From Lama guanicoe (lineage: Eukaryota): a DNA stretch of 64,000 bases. The position numbers and the translations under genes are program-made. Shown here piece by piece: positions 37,978 through 51,589 of the stretch (within the stretch, counting starts at the first letter, position 1; every line of letters starts with the position of its first letter). The stretch is taken from the NCBI GenBank assembly GCA_013239625.1, contig MU054187.1, positions 14,976,974 to 15,040,973 of the forward strand, read 5' to 3'. The notes below the pieces were generated by a model. The model saw only the letters and a list, made by a program, of their open reading frames with translations, was not told the origin of the DNA and searched no databases.

Positions 37978-40015
37978 CAGAGTGAAATCTCCATCAAAAA
38001 TACATCTGTGTGTGGAAGGATTCTCACTGAAAACTAACTGGAGACTGGCAGGAAGACTCCCATACAACCAAGGCTCTCAGAAAGACCCACACAGAATCAG
38101 GCGAGAAGGGACGGCAAGCAGTCAGGTCAGGACTTGTGCCCCTGGGAGGGGACTCAGAGGAAAAGAGAGATTACACGGGTAGAGATCCTCCCTGGAGAGC
38201 GAGTGGTTCAAGTCACATATTGGGTGCCCCAGACCTGGGCTCCAACACAGGGAAGACTAGTCCCCTTGGCTGATTGGAGGGCCTCTGGGACCAACAGGAG
38301 GGCTGTGGGAAACTTGGACTCTGCTCATGAGGAGCACATGCATGCTTGCTTGCTTCTGAAGTAGGGTGGAGAGGGAAGATTGAAAACTGCACGAGTGGCT
38401 TGTTGGTTTCCTCTGTTTGCTTCAGTGTGTGTCCCAGTCTGAGCCAAGTGAATGCTCCAGCCCCACGTGGGAGCTCTATAGTGAGACAAAGAGGCAGCTC
38501 AGACCAAAGCAGCACCTGAGCAGGCTGGGAGCAGCCATTACTGGTGTTTGCAGACGCAGCACATTAGAAGCAACCCCATGTCTGTCTGTGGCCAGATGAC
38601 CACAGCCCCAGCACACACCGAGAGCACATACAGGACCCACCTGCTCTGCAGCGCAGCTCCAGCCCAGAGCAAGTGTGGCAGAAGTTCAGGGCAGACCCCA
38701 GCTGTGAGCAAAAAAGCAGGCCCAGACCTGAAGTGGCACCTGAGCAGTGCAGGGGCAGCCATTACTGGCACGTACACAGGCGCCAATGTGCATCAGAAGC
38801 GGTATTGATCTCTGAATCACACAGCAACACCGCAGCCTGCTCCCTGCTCCCATAGCAGTCCGTCTGGTTCCAGCACTTTTTCCTTCTGTGGCAAGGATGC
38901 TGGTCAAGGAGTGGGGAGAGTACACACTTTAAGGGAATGAAGTCCGCTCAGAGCTGATTCTCAGGACATCTGCCCTAGCAGCTCGAGACTTGCCTCTGTC
39001 CCTGATAGGGCAGTGACTGCCGTAGAGCAGAAGGCAAGCCCTGGCTCACATCTGGCTCCAGCAATAACCCCTCCATTTCCTTCCTCACCTCCTATGAAGG
39101 TGACAGCTGTCAACAAAGCTTGACTGAGAAAAACTGCCTTGTGTTCATGTCAAATTTAGCTCCCACCAAAGCCACTAGGCACGGGCAGACTGTACAGGGA
39201 TGTTCCCACACAAGGACACCCATTTAAGACCAAAATAGGTAGCCGTTTCACCTAACTTTATAAAGATAAAGAAAGTTATGCAAAAAGAAAAGACAGAGGA
39301 ATTTGTCAATTGGAAGAGTAAGAGAAAACCTCTGAAAAAATAATGAAGCAGAAATAAACAATTTACGAAATAAACAATTTACAAGGTAAACAATTCAAAG
39401 CGTTCGTAATAAGAATGCTGAGATAGGGAAAAGAATAGATGAACACAGAGAATTTTAATAAGGACTAGAAAATATAAAAAAAGAACCAGTCAGAACTGAA
39501 AAATACAACTGAAATGAAAGACACACTAGAAGGAATGATATAAAAAACAAGTGATCTGAAAGACAGAATAATGGAAATCATTCAATCAGAACCACAAAAA
39601 TAAAAATAAATAAAAAATAAGAACAGTTTAAGGGAACTTGGAATAATATTAAGTGTACCAACATTTGCATTATAGGGGTCCCAGAAGCAGAAGAGAGAGA
39701 GAAAGAGATCAAAAATGTATTTGAAGAAATTGTGGCTAAAAACTACCCAAAGTAAGGGGATGGAAAAAGGTATTCTATGCAAGTGAATTAAAAGAACACC
39801 TGAGTAGCAATGCTTGTATCAGACAAAATAGACTTTAAAATAAAGACTGTTGTCAGAGATAGAGATGGACACTACTTAATGATCAAGGGATCAAGCTAGG
39901 AAGAAGATAGAGCAATTTTAAATATATGTTCACCCAACTTAGGAGCACCTAAGTATTTAAGATAAATATTAACAGACATAAAAGGATAAACAGACAGAAA
40001 CACAATAACAATAAG
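37978..40015 (+). mobile_element. L1 5'UTR (with ~220-bp internal repeat), ORF1 and endonuclease fragment
   Basis: GC-richer 5'UTR with duplicated gcacctgagcag...gcagccattactgg; ORF1-like 39280-39750; EN motif atcagacaaaatagactttaaa. Confidence 0.88.
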
Positions 40016-40019
40016 ACAT

Positions 40020-41060
40020 CGGTGAAGCGCACAGATCCTGAAACTACAGTTCAATGAGTTTTGATAAATGTAACCACTAATCCAATGTATAAAATCATTC
40101 CCTCATACTAGAAAATTTTCGATCAGTCATTATCTCTCATAAGCAACTACTGTTCTGCTTTGTCACTATCACTTTATTTTGCCTATTTTTGGATGTTGCA
40201 TAAATGGATATACAGTATGTTTTCTCTTATGGCTGGCTTATTTTGCTCCACACAATAATTTTGAGGTTTTCTCAAGTTGTTCTGTGTACCAGTAGTTCAT
40301 TATATTTTTTTTATTGCTGAAGGGTATTTTATTAAATGATTATGTCACAATTTGCTAATCTGTTCTCCTATTGATGGACATTTGGACAAGTTTTAACTAG
40401 CTTGAAAAGAACTGCTATGTTATATTCCAGTCCAAGTCTTTTTTGTGGACACATGTTTTCATTTCTCTTGGTATTTAAAATGAAACTACTAATACTTTTG
40501 CAAAGTGTTGTATCAATTTACAATCTCACCAACAGAGTGAATGAGTGTTTTAGTTACTCCATATCCTCACTAACATTTTGTTTAGTTAGTCTTATTTATT
40601 TCAGCTATCTAGTGGGTATGAAATGATACTTCATTATGGTTTTACTTGGCATTTCCCTGATGACTAATGATTTTTAGTAGCTTTTAATATACTTATTTGC
40701 CACTTGCGTATCTTATGTGCAGTGGTTTCATATGCTTTGCTCCTTTTAACAATTAAATTCTTCTGTTATTTATTTATATGCATTCTTTATACATTCTAAG
40801 TTAATTTCTTTGTCAGGTATATGTTTGTAAATATCTTCTTCAACATGTGGCTTGCCTTTCATAGTTTTAATTATATTTTTTGATGAGTGGAAACTTTTTA
40901 TGAAGTTCAAATTAGCAATTAAAAAAATGTTCAGTGTTAACTAATCTTTGCCTAACCTATGGTGACAAAGATTTTTGCTTTGTTTTGTTTGCTTCTAGAA
41001 GCTTTATAGTTTAAGTTTTCCAGTGGGGGTCTAGGTAATTTCAAATTATGTTTGTAGATG
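40020..41060 (-). mobile_element. Old L1M 3' region
   Basis: ctattgatggacatttgg, catttccctgatgactaatga antisense L1 motifs. Confidence 0.8.
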
Positions 41061-42063
41061 GTATTTACATTCCTCTAGCCAGCTAAATTGAAGTCAAGAG
41101 ATGTTTTAGTTCCACGTTGGCCACTTTTCCCTCTCTTCAATATATTTTGTGACAGATCACTTCCTCTCTTTAGTTCTCAGTTTCCCATCTGTAAAATGAG
41201 AGCATTACAATAGGTGAATAGAGTCTGATTATTCTCTAAAAGTTGAGGAACTCCCACATCTAGAAATAATTTTACCCCCACAGACTTACCAGGATGTTAT
41301 TTGAGGAGTTAGATAAAAAATATTACGGTTATCCTCATGTAGACAGTCACTGCTGTCTTACTATCTACTCACATAAAGAAAACACATCCATGAGAAAGTA
41401 TTCTAAAGATTTAAGAGAAAATTCCTTCTATAGCCAAACCCAGGAATCAAGATATTTATTAGGTATAGTATGTGTGTAAGAATTACTGGGGCTAGCCAGC
41501 TAATTCTGTTTTTGTCCTGTTATTTAACAAATATTTACTTGGTATTTGGGCCTATGGTTAAACTTGTTTTTTAAGAAATAAGAGTTGGACCAGGGAAAAG
41601 GTTTGCCAAAGCATAAACTACAGAAATGTATCTAAACACTTTCCAAATGTGCTTACTTGGGGGAGGTCAGAGTAGTGAAAAAGAAAGATGGGGGCGGGTG
41701 AATCAGAGATGGAAGCAGACTCACTGGACCAGAAGTGTGCATAACTTGGGCTTGGCTTCCACTGACTGTGGAAGACAGGGGTCAGGTTGGGAAGAATGAG
41801 CCAAAGTGTGAAGATTTAAAGCCAGAAGCAAGCTAAGTTTAGATGGTAGACATTAGAGACGGTAAAGATCCACAGGATAATGTTACCAAACTCATTCCCT
41901 GCCAGCCCAGGATATATTTGAATAGAGAGATCAGATATGGAACTGATCGCGACCAAAGGCCAGTGCTCAGCCAGTGCTCTGTGATGTGACTGAAGTTCAG
42001 TTTAGGCGGATACCATTCAGATTGAATCAAACACTTCTGCCTTTTAAAAAGAAGCTGGGATAC

Positions 42064-42200
42064 AGTGGGAAAAAAAAAGTGACAATGAATATATGTATGT
42101 TCACGTATAACTGAAAAATTGTGCTCTACACTAGAATTTGACACAACATTGTAAAATGACTGTAACTCAATAAAAAATGTTTAAAAAAATAAAATAAATA
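42064..42200 (+). mobile_element. Short young L1 3' end with TSD
   Basis: Same family as 2405-2523; TSD aaaaagaagct(g/a)ggata on both sides. Confidence 0.85.
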
Positions 42201-43482
42201 AAAAGAAGCTAGGATAGAATTTTTTTTTTTTAATTTTTGAAATCAAGGAAAAGGATTCTGGGAATGTCTCCACATTCTCTAGATAGCATAATTGCCATGT
42301 TTTTGCTCTGAATCTTCCTCATCTACAGGAGTGGGCTGTGAATGAGTGTGCAACAATATCCTAGAAGAGTGATTCCAAAATTCCAGATCATAGACTGATA
42401 CAAATCCACATGGTAAAAGGGGGAAAAACAAGGACAATGTGAGTTTTTTATAGAGCTAACTTTACTGAAAGTAAAAGATTTACCTTAATTCTGAGATTAA
42501 GATCTTCCTATGTTTTTGCTTTTAGAATGTCCTTTTTGAAAAAGAAAAGATAATATTGGTACATGTATTTTTAATCACTTAAATGAAAATTGATAAATAA
42601 CCCTATATAAATCCCTCCATTAAAAAAGTGAGTCTATGGTATTTAAATTCAAGGTACAACTTTTACAGAACAGCATGGAAGCATTTTAAAAATGAAACAG
42701 GTGTGTCATCATCAAAACTAGGCCTCTACTGACTGTAAGACAACCCATTGTTTTAGGTACAACTAAGCTAGAAAACATACCACCGAGTAAGTAATTATCC
42801 ATGCCATCAGTAATAATGTGCATCCTGATATCAGAATTGTTAATATATATGAAAAGATGTGACTCTAAGAATCTGATTTAGTATAAGATTTGCATAAAGA
42901 ACAGTAATTCACTTAGCATATAAATAATGATGATCAGTCTTTTCCCTGAGTATTTATTCATTGCACAGTGAACCTGAGTCCAGGCTCTGAGTGATATATA
43001 AAATTGTCTCATATTCTTCACTCTTTTCTCAGTGCAAAATTTTCTTAGCATTTTGAAGATTTTCCAAGTTATCACTTTTAGACATTTCTTATTGGATAAC
43101 TATATATTTGGCTATACCAATTACTATAGCTGTGCAAACACTGTTCTATAACCTGAAACATTCATAGCTCAGTGGACAAACAGCCAAGCAAAGAAGTACT
43201 ATAACATATGTGATGTGATTCTTAACATTGGCAAGAGGGCCCTGGTGCTGCTCCATGCTTTCACAAGGATGGTGTTCTTTCCAAAGAGCTAAATAAAGGG
43301 TAACAGGGGATATACTTAGGGGTCATATATAGGAAAGATAAATTCAAATTTCTCCACACTCTAAATATCTTCCGAAGCATTTCTCAAAAACAGGTGCTGA
43401 AATTACTCTGTCACCTTCTTTAGAAAGCAAGGCGATCTCTTTCCCAAGATTAATCCTTAAACTTGTCTCATTAGTGTTTTAC

Positions 43483-44748
43483 CAGTGACTTCACTATTTC
43501 AGCCCAGTGACAGACACTTTTATAGATTTCAATGCTCTAATTCCCTAGTTAGTACAATGACAATTTTTGGCATTGCAAATGCAAAGAAACCCTCAAAGTG
43601 CATCATAATTCTGTCACCGGGAGAGAGTAGGAGGGGCTGGCTGATAAAGAGGCAATTTTGGAATTTTTTTGTAAAGCTGTTTCCCTTATCCCTAAAAAGC
43701 CTGTATGCTAGTAAATTGTTTTAGTGAGGTTTCATTGAATTAAGAAAATTTCTCTGCCAGAAACATAAGTTAGTCTTTTAAATCAATTTTTGGATTTCCC
43801 TACAGCTTAGTATCCGTTGTACATATACAGAGAAGCAGAGCAGTACGTCTTAGGGCAAATGAAATGAAGATCTGGATTGAGAAAACTGGGTTACGACCCA
43901 CACTGGAAAAACTCACTTTGGCCCCTTCATTTCTAAATGTCTTCTTTGGATGGTGCTGACACTTCATCAGAGATAGAAGAGGAACACTTAAAATGTTTTG
44001 TGGAAATGTTAATAGATATAAACAGGAAACAGAGCCTTAGCTGTTTCTTGGAGAGGGTTATAATGTATTTGTTCTCAACTGTGCACATCAACACTGAAAA
44101 ACAACTGATAGGAAAACCACGAGGCAATTATAAAATAATCACGATACTGAAATAGCAGTCTTGTTTGTACCACAGGTTCAGGGGTTGGAAAGAATTTTAA
44201 TATGCTTAGCAAGGGGGTTTGACCTAATGTTCTGATGTGTGATGAAGTTGAAAATATGTAACTTGGGGTAAGAAAGCGGTCTGTAAGGAGAGTGAAAGGA
44301 AATTTGTGGCTTTGTTCCATTGGAAAATAATTATGGTTTCCTTTAGCCAACTCCAGGAGAGTTAATCACTTTTTGTACTGGAGAAGGGTGGCCTCTGCCA
44401 GATGGCTACCCCCCTGCTTCTGTGTTCAAACTACAAATAGCACAATTTTGGGGCCCAGGACAGTTTGTTCATTGTAAATTTATGCTGTAATTCTTCTTTA
44501 TGTCTTAAAATTACATTCAAGACCCCTTTCTGGCTCTTGAATTGCCTCAAAAAAAAAAAGTCAACTGGCAAGTGTCTGAGGGAATAATTTCTAAGTAAGT
44601 GACAGAACACTGTGCCCTCTCCGCAGACCATTTCAAAACAGCCTTCGATGAGTCTGCAATCCATTTTAATTACCTGTGCAAATATCCCATTTCTAATATT
44701 GGGAGCAATGAATGTCCTTGTAACTCTGTGCAGTTGCTTGGAATATTG
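43483..44748 (-). pseudogene. Pseudogene repeat 5 (exons 44748-~44560, 44280-~44130, 43986-43917, 43610-43483)
   Basis: FAQVIKMDCRLIEGCFE...TVFCHLL; STSSHIRTLGQTPLLSIL; VPLLSLMK; KCLSLG*NSEVT. Strong acceptors (e.g. tttcctttcactctccttacag) and a GTGAGT donor at 43916. Confidence 0.7.
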
Positions 44749-45569
44749 CTACATAGATATAGAATGCTTTATAAGAGACATCTATTCAACCACAAAATTT
44801 AAGGCCATAGCATTTTGAATTTTGAACTAAAATTCAGCCATTCAGTCTTGTATAATTCCAGTTTTCCTCTTAAATCCTTTCTTTCTTTGTATAGAGAGAA
44901 ATAAAAATACAATTTAGAATTTTGTCATATTGTTTCAAGCGATTTATCACATTATCCAATTTGTTAATGCAGAATAAACATCGACTTCAACAGACTTAAT
45001 AATTAAGGAAGTGGTTATAATATTCTGCTTGATATAAACAGGGAGATATGTAAATATATGTTACACACCTTTTTTTTTTAACAAAGAATATTTAAGGAAT
45101 TGTATAGAGATTTCTATTTTGTCTCTTCCCCAGAGTAGACTCAGGGGAAATTTATGGCTACTTGGTAATTTACAAAAATGTGTAGAGAATGACCACAAGT
45201 ACTCAGATTCACTTTGATACTGAGTAGTGTTTTAGCTGCTGGGCTAAACTATAACTCAGTAATCAGAAACAAGTATCTTAAGTTATCAGTCTTTTAATAT
45301 TTGTTTTTCCAAACATGTTATAATGATTACCACTAGACTATCTGTAAAACCTTTGTAGTCCTTGGAAGTAGTGTACTACCTATTTGAATTATGATAATTT
45401 CTTCTTCAAATGACAACATCCATTTTTATTTAAAAAAAATTAACTGTTTACTGTCCCTAAATGAACTGCTATTGTTACCTCAAAAACATGTAGCTGAGAA
45501 CACCCCTACAGTTTTAAGTGGAGATGATAAACACAATAGTGATGTCTTATGCTCCTATTTTTCCTAAAG

Positions 45570-47943
45570 AATTCTATTAACTCATTGCAAACTGTCTACT
45601 GAGATAGTATATTTAAATGAATGACTATATCTTAGCAATTGAATCCACAATCCAGATAAAATTATTTCATAACACTGAAATATCAGTGTGCTTTATGTTA
45701 GGAGTAAATGACCATGCCCAAATCATTTCAAAACCACAGTACTCAGTCTAATTTTGAGAAGCCATTACAAAGGACACCTGCAAAATGAGGACAGTGTTTA
45801 CAGCGGTTGGCCCAACAACACAGTAACACATACACACTGTGTCATTAGGGTACAGTGAGTGTCCTGGTTTGATCTGACCATGCTGGGATAGCCAGGGTCT
45901 AAATGAGGAAGAAGTACGATGTTCATTCACTACTTAAGAGATTGTTTAATAGTGTGTATTGAAAGATAGTCTGATGAATTGAGTTGGTTCATTTGAATTT
46001 AATAAGATATTGGTACATTTCAAAGTATTAGTTCTCGAGTTGTAGGGAACAGTTTGCACAGAGGTGACACTAACATGATTTGGGGGACCTTCTCTAAGAA
46101 AAAGAATATAAAATTATAAATACAAAATTAGGAACAAAGGGGATATTTATTTAGAATAAGAAAAGAAACAACTAATTACATATTTTAAATATTGTAATTA
46201 TCTCAAACTTTAAAGACACTTGGAAGTTTCTGCTTGTTTTCTTTATTTCAGCTTACATGTTTGGCTTTCTACTGGTATACTTCAAAAAGTATTTGGTTTT
46301 TCATATTATCAATGATTCTGAAAAATGTACAAAATTAATCTGAAATTAAGGAAGCTCAGGAGCCTTTAATGCATTTAAATTGTCACTACATCTTATCGAG
46401 TCACACAATTGTGAATAAATTGCTCTAATGCTACCATTGGATGACTTCCCTATGAACATGTGTAGGAGTTTTGTCATTGGAAGTTTTTCAATCAATTTCT
46501 CTGCACTGGTGGCAATTATATTCATAGCTTTGAGTGGAATACCTAGTCTTTTATCAGGAAAAGATGTATCAGATATGCTAAGATCCTGCCTAATAATTTG
46601 GGATACATAAATCATATTAATTTAAACACAGACACATCGACTATTTGTCTGCTACAGATGGGAATTCTGATTAACTTCATTCATTATGACCTCCATTAAA
46701 AAGGAAAAAGATATATAGTGTATTTTATTGTATTTCTTACAGTCATCAAGAACTTTCCGACAAAAGAGAACATCCATTCTAAGTATCAGTGAGAACTGAA
46801 TCTATCTTCCATTTGTAAATTTCCACAGACTAGCCAGCTTCTGGCTCTGTGCCTTCCAAATCTTGATTCTCCTGCATATCAACGTATTCTGGTGTCAGGT
46901 GCCACAGTGCAGTACAACCTCTGGTCCTGCAACTTCATGCCATGTTGCAAATTTTACCGAAACTTATGTCAGTATGAATATGCTGCTAGGGCCGCTCCCA
47001 GGGTTACTCCCTAAGCTTCATTAGCCTAATGGAAGATCTAACACTGAATAGCAGGTACAGAGCTGGCCTGCTGGGAGCAAAGGAGTGGCTGGTGGATAGA
47101 CACTGAGTGCTTACAGGAGCCTGAGATTTCAGAGACACTTAGCCGGGAAGAAAGAAGAGATGGAGTGGTGGTTAGAGACAGGCATTGTGTGGCACAAAAA
47201 GGTTCTGTTTGTGGAATTGTGGATTGCATTTTTAAGTTTGGGGATATGAATATACAGAGAAAGTGAGGAAGGGAGGGAAGAAGGGAGAGAAGAGAGAAAG
47301 AGGAAGAAAAGGAAGGGGAGGAGGAGGGAAAAGGAAGAGAATTAGAGTAGCTGTTTAAATTTCTAGTCACAGACGCTAGTCTCTTCTTCCTTCTTTAAAA
47401 TTGATGTAGATTCCCAAGGGCTTCCAAACATGACTTCCATGCTGTCCTTGTACTGAGGGAGGGTATCTCCATCCTCCCCAACAGCCCCTAAAGAGCATCT
47501 CCTGCCAGCATGTTGCTGTCATTTATTTTCCTTCCGTGTCTCAGGTTGTTGCCAAAGCTTTATTCCATTTTGGCCTCTGGGTGTCAGACTTTGTCATTTT
47601 TCTTCTCCCCATCACTGTCGCTCCTGGAGAAACCTCTCAGACAGTAAGGGAGTGATTACAGGAGGCACAGTAACAAGATGAGTTAAAAATGGGGTACATG
47701 GGAAGCTTAGCACAGATTATCTCAATATAGATATATTTTCCGCTGGAAAGTAGACCATTACTGCTCTGCTTTCTAAAATCTATTGAATAGACATACAGAT
47801 TCATGTAATGGACCAAAGTTTTGCCATTATAAGTGTTCAATATAAGTTCTTCATCAAAATGAATCGTAAAAACCGGTGTTCTAAACAGGTTTTCTTTGGA
47901 AATTGAAGGGCTAGGACTCTTAAGACATTTGGGAGACTCATGA
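45570..47943 (-). pseudogene. Pseudogene repeat 4 (exons 47943-~47698, 45929-~45570)
   Basis: SPSISKENLF...NGKTLVHYMNL...CAKLP; GQIKPGHSLYPNDTVCMCYCVVGPTAVNTVLILQVSFV aligns without gaps to the recalled TEX15 core. The first exon is joined in phase 2 to the exon ending at 48034. Confidence 0.72.
46040..47040. mobile_element. Zaphod/MER115-like hAT-Tip100 DNA transposon
   Basis: Termini tttgggggaccttctctaagaaaaagaatataaaattataaatacaaaattagg and taagcttcattagcctaatgg resemble Zaphod ends as recalled. Confidence 0.65.
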
Positions 47944-50049
47944 CTGAAAGTAACAACATGATCAAAAGTGCCACACTTGGCTGTATGCATATATTGCCAA
48001 AAAATTCAGAAGAAAGGTGAAAAATTCACTCACTTATCTGGACATGTCCAAATATCCAGGTATTTGTCATCGTGTGGATTGTCAGGTGGCTGATTGATGG
48101 GGTTGTCCATATTCCACATGTTTGGTACCATATGGACAGGTTCTGGTTATGCTTTCAGGTAGGGAAATACGTGTTTCATGTGCTCTCTTGGGACCCCAAA
48201 GCTAATGGTGTCAAATGGATTTTTCCCATTTGATTCCTATGAACACTTTAGTTTCACTTATATTTTTTAGTCCCACAAAAATGCAGGTGCAGATATTTTA
48301 TTGCTTTTAAATCTCATAAGGTATTAAAAGACCCTTTGAATAAGAAAAATAATTCTGTTCCAACAGAAAGCATTTCATCCCAGGGAATAAAAATTTCCTC
48401 TCTTTATTCCAGCAAACGAACAATAAAAATACATGAAATCATAACATTACTAAGTCTGAGAACAAACATCAACACTTGACAGTTTTCTTTCTTTTAAGGC
48501 AGAACTAGAAGATGAGATTAAAAAAAAGACTTTTAGTTATATTGTCTCTGAACACACTTTATTACCTTAACATATCAGAATTTAGAAGAATGGCTGGCTA
48601 ATTTTCACTATAAATAGTGACTCTTTAAGTTCTGTCTGCCTAGAGTTAATTTTTTGTCAAGTATGTCCCAGCTGAATTATGCCATTCTTTTTAAATTGAT
48701 TGTGTGTTCTGTATAGAGCTCAAATAGAAAACTGGAAAAACAGATCAATTTAGGGACTGAAGACCTACCATGGAAGAGATACTCACATTAATTTAAAAGA
48801 CTTGGGCTTGTAAGCCTTTTCTTCAATGTGTCTAATGACTTAATTCAACAAATATTGACAGAGTTTTTTCCATTTGAAGAACACTTGCCTTAGTGCCATG
48901 AGACCATGGACTAGAAGAGGTTCAAAAACCTTCCATTTCAGTTGACTCTAAATTAGGGAATATAGGGCTGAAGCAAGTAATGTGATTAAAAAATATTTAT
49001 TCATAATAACCCACACTTGAACTAACCCAAATGTCCATTATTAAGAGAATGGATTAATAATTTGTGATATAATCTTACGGTTGCTATCACAATTACAGGA
49101 AAATTCTCCAGTAATTCTAATAGTAAGCAAAACCTGTCTCGGCTTCATTTGCTTATATAAATAGAATCTGGTGTGTATATGTATAAATCAATGCAAATGG
49201 CTAAATGTGGAAGTTTGATTCAGTTAGTAGAGACCAAATTATTGAAAGATCTAGGGTAAAGGGAAAAATCCATAAATATGCATGCATACTACTACAGCAA
49301 GAGAAACACCACAAAATAACTAAAGGCAACTTGTAGCAAATATTCAGTTCTAGGGCAGAGCTTAACTCTTCCAGGGAGGAAGAGGATAAATCTGGTACAA
49401 AGACACGGAGAGTCTGATCAACAAAACAGGCTTGGCTGAGGCATTCTGGAAACCCAAGTGTGGGATGACAAGTGAAAGCAGAGAAAACTGGCACCCATGA
49501 AGTGGTAGGTAGTATGAAATATAGTGACAATAGAGGAGGGTCCAATTTCAGAATAAGCTGCTGAGATCCAAGTTTGATTTGGTAAGTTGTACCAGTATAG
49601 TAGAAGGACCCAGGCTACAGTACAATTCAAAGTCAGGGAATGGTCTTCCTATTATGGTGGTTTGCTTAGTTTGCTGTAGGATCTGCAACGCTGGCTATTG
49701 TAAAAAGGACAGTGCAAAACCCTAAGGGAGAAGCAATTGGAAGAGGCTAAGAAGGCTGCCAACAGCCAAGTGAAGCAAGTTTGTTTTCAACGAAGTCAGG
49801 AGACCAAAAAGCACATGGTTGTCTTTGCTTCCATCTAAGCACCTGAATACTGGTTTTATGATAGTAGAACTAAATTTTGTGCGCACTGACAGATGGAGAC
49901 CCTAATGTGCCGCCTGCCTTGGCAGGATACATTTGAGTTGAGTTTGTATGAGATTGTATATGCTAAGGGTACTGAGTGTCTGCAGTTAAGATCTTTGTAA
50001 AATGAGGAATGAATAATCAGGCCGTTTTTAGGGAAAGGGATATAGATGT

Positions 50050-50600
50050 CATGTTCAAATCCAAACATCAGCCTACTGTCATTTGTTGCTTGTTTTGTAG
50101 ATATCTTAAGTTTAAAATGTCTAAACCTAAGTTTCAATATTCTCCTCCAGTAGTTCCTTTCTATCTTCATTTCAGGTACAGGCACCTCGTTGTTCAAGCC
50201 AGACATTTCATAGCCATCTTTGATGCTTCTATCTCCTTTAATCCTTGCATTCAATCCATCACCAATTCTTGTTAATTTTATCTACAAAATGCTCCTGGTC
50301 TACAAGCACTTCTCTCTCTGCCTGCCAGGTTCCTCATGTCTCCTCCTTTCCCAACCCATTCCCCATGGAGCAGCTTGATCATGTAAAATTGTAAAGCAAA
50401 TCTAATTACTCATCTGTTTCAAATAACTTCAAAGGTTTTTCATTGCTCTTACTATAAAGTTAAGTTTCTCAGTATAGCCTATGATGTTTTGCAGGACCTG
50501 AACCTTTTCTGCCTCCCTGGGGTGTTTCTTGATCATGTTCCCCGATGCTTACCATGCTTCAGGCTTACTGATATTTTTCAGTTTTCTAATCACACCAATT
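50050..50600 (+). mobile_element. L2 fragment
   Basis: catcaccaattcttgttaattttatctacaaaat, tttcattgctcttactataaag, L2-like. Confidence 0.6.
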
Positions 50601-51589
50601 TTTTTCTGTTAACTTAAGGCTATCGTATCCTCTGTGTAATTTTTGCGTCATACTTCTAGGCCAAAGGAAAGACCTGAAAATTTCATTTATTAAGTAGTTA
50701 TGGCCAAAGACCTTGATAAGTATTTATGTCCTAACAACTTAGTAGTTTTTTTTTAAAAGCACATTGATAGAAAAAAGAAGACAGCAAAATAATAAAATTC
50801 TTAATCACAATTATTATAAGCAGGATGTGTGCACTATCTGCACACACAAATTCTCAAACTTTTGAATCAGATTAGAGACCGCTACAACTTGTTTTCTGTT
50901 CCATGTTGGTTTTACAGCGATACTTGCTTTTTATTATAGCAAGTGTTGAAACTTTTGAAAATCTGCTTTACAAAGATATCACATCATGAAGAGAAATGTA
51001 GCATGGTTTAATATTAAAATTATCAACTAAGAATTAGTAGTTCACCTTGTGTCCCTCACACTGGAGGTTAGTGACCATGACTTAAAATAAGAACACTTAG
51101 CACGGTTGTATCATTTTCTGAGCCAGGTTCAGTTTCCCAGACGCAAGCTTGGAATAGGTAGACAGCTAGAGTTAACAAGGGTTTTTTGTTTTTTGTTTTT
51201 TAAGTATGATGATGAGAAAGAGGTCAAGGAAATTGAGGGTTTATATAAAGCAGCAATTATAATGACTGATTCTAGATTTTAAGCTGGTTAATGAGGACAG
51301 TGAAGATATTAGGGAGGTAAGGATCAATGAAGACATAGTAGAATCAATAGTTTGTAGGACCTGGTGAGTTCAAAGGATTGTTGGGATAAGGGTAGTAGAG
51401 ATACTGCTGGTCAGATAGTAGGTTCTCAAAATTGAGATTTTGGAGAGGCTACAACTATTGGAAGTTACACGTAGAGATATATCCATTGAGTGAGTGGCTA
51501 AGTTAGGGTGTTAATAAGATATCTGGAGGAAGGGAGGTCACAAAACTGTAAACTAAGGATTGGAATGATCACTAATCAGTATTGCTTTT

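Noticed and set aside
38134..38925. Cluster of overlapping ORFs on both strands
   Set aside because: GC-richer L1 5'UTR with internal repeats, where stop codons are depleted by composition.
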